From Monocercomonoides exilis PA203 (taxonomy: Eukaryota; Protista; Preaxostyla): DNA of 64,000 nt. Below the pieces are notes generated by a model. That model was not told the origin of the DNA. It was given only the letters and a program-made list of their open reading frames with translations, and did not search any database. The translations under genes were made by a program, and so were the position numbers. Where the stretch lies: NCBI GenBank assembly GCA_001643675.2, contig LSRY02000001.1:1364001-1428000 (forward strand), given 5' to 3'. Each line of letters starts with the position of its first letter. Positions within the stretch are counted from its first letter, which is position 1. Shown in pieces: positions 63,407-64,000 of the stretch.

Positions 63407-64000
63407 TCACTGCATGTCTGAGATGAACGAGGCACTCACAACTTTTGAGTCTTCGGTGTAATCGATTGCATCTGACACAGTCACCATCGTGGCACCAGTC
63501 GGAAAGTGTTGGAAAAACTCGCGCTTCATCACAAACAGCGACGGGCGATCGTCCTTGTTCTGCGCCACTGCCGATCTCACCAGGCCACAGAATGTCGTGC
63601 CTTCGATTTCCGACATGTCCGGCCTTTCACCATTTTTGATTTTCTGCCCTGCCACCTCGGTCTCATACTCCCCAAACGGAATCTCCAATGTCAAGCACTC
63701 CCACAGCATCATCCCAATTGAAAAGGCAACTGACTTCTTTTTCGCTCCCATATTCTTGTTGATCAACAGTTCTGGTGCTTTCCATCTCAAGCACTCTTTT
63801 TTGAAAAGTTCCTCATCCTCAAACGCTGATGAGGGAAGGGAGTCACTATCATCATCGCCATCATCGTCACTGGCATATGTCACAACTGTTGATGATGAGA
63901 CGGATGATGAGTCTGAACTATCATCCGATGAGAAGTCTGAATGCATGACAATGCAGATGACCATGTGTTCAGAAAACAACACAATGTGTGAACTGAGATT
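63407..64000 (-). CDS. 3' end of a second receptor-pseudokinase paralog; 5'-partial
   Basis: HIVLFSEHMVICIVMHSD, ECLRWKAPELL and SVAFSIGMMLWECLTLEIPF nearly match the C-terminus of the 1-6357 protein. Confidence 0.88.
   Translation of the reverse strand, partial: NLSSHIVLFSEHMVICIVMHSDFSSDDSSDSSSVSSSTVVTYASDDDGDDDSDSLPSSAFEDEELFKKECLRWKAPELLINKNMGAKKKSVAFSIGMMLWECLTLEIPFGEYETEVAGQKIKNGERPDMSEIEGTTFCGLVRSAVAQNKDDRPSLFVMKREFFQHFPTGATMVTVSDAIDYTEDSKVVSASFISDMQ

Noticed and set aside
1-64000. The two inward-facing pseudokinase genes as ends of one giant mobile element
   Set aside because: They are diverged paralogs, the interior is housekeeping genes, and no shared terminal repeats are visible.

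Overview
Eukaryotic, AT-rich protist DNA with short GT-AG introns and the standard genetic code (TAA, TAG and TGA all act as stops). The gene families and poly-Ser-padded proteins suggest an oxymonad such as Monocercomonoides; this is inferred from family recognition, not from a search. The window has three zones. (1) Left accessory zone, 1-22 kb: a giant single-pass receptor-like protein with a C-terminal pseudokinase, three paralogs of a lineage-specific helical family (one a pseudogene), a perfect 44x9-bp purine repeat and gene debris. (2) Compact core block, about 22.3-57.1 kb, mostly head-to-head pairs: myotubularin, HMG-box protein, SF3B3, a GlpT/OPA-type MFS transporter, a divergent clathrin heavy chain, calmodulin, two LRR proteins and two hypotheticals. 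(3) Right accessory zone, 57-64 kb: a strongly G-depleted tract, a Tc1/mariner-type MITE with a shorter family member inserted into it in reverse (TA duplications visible), a 1-kb near-perfect palindrome and the 3' end of a second receptor-pseudokinase paralog. No rRNA, tRNA or CRISPR array was recognised. Exon models were inferred by eye.
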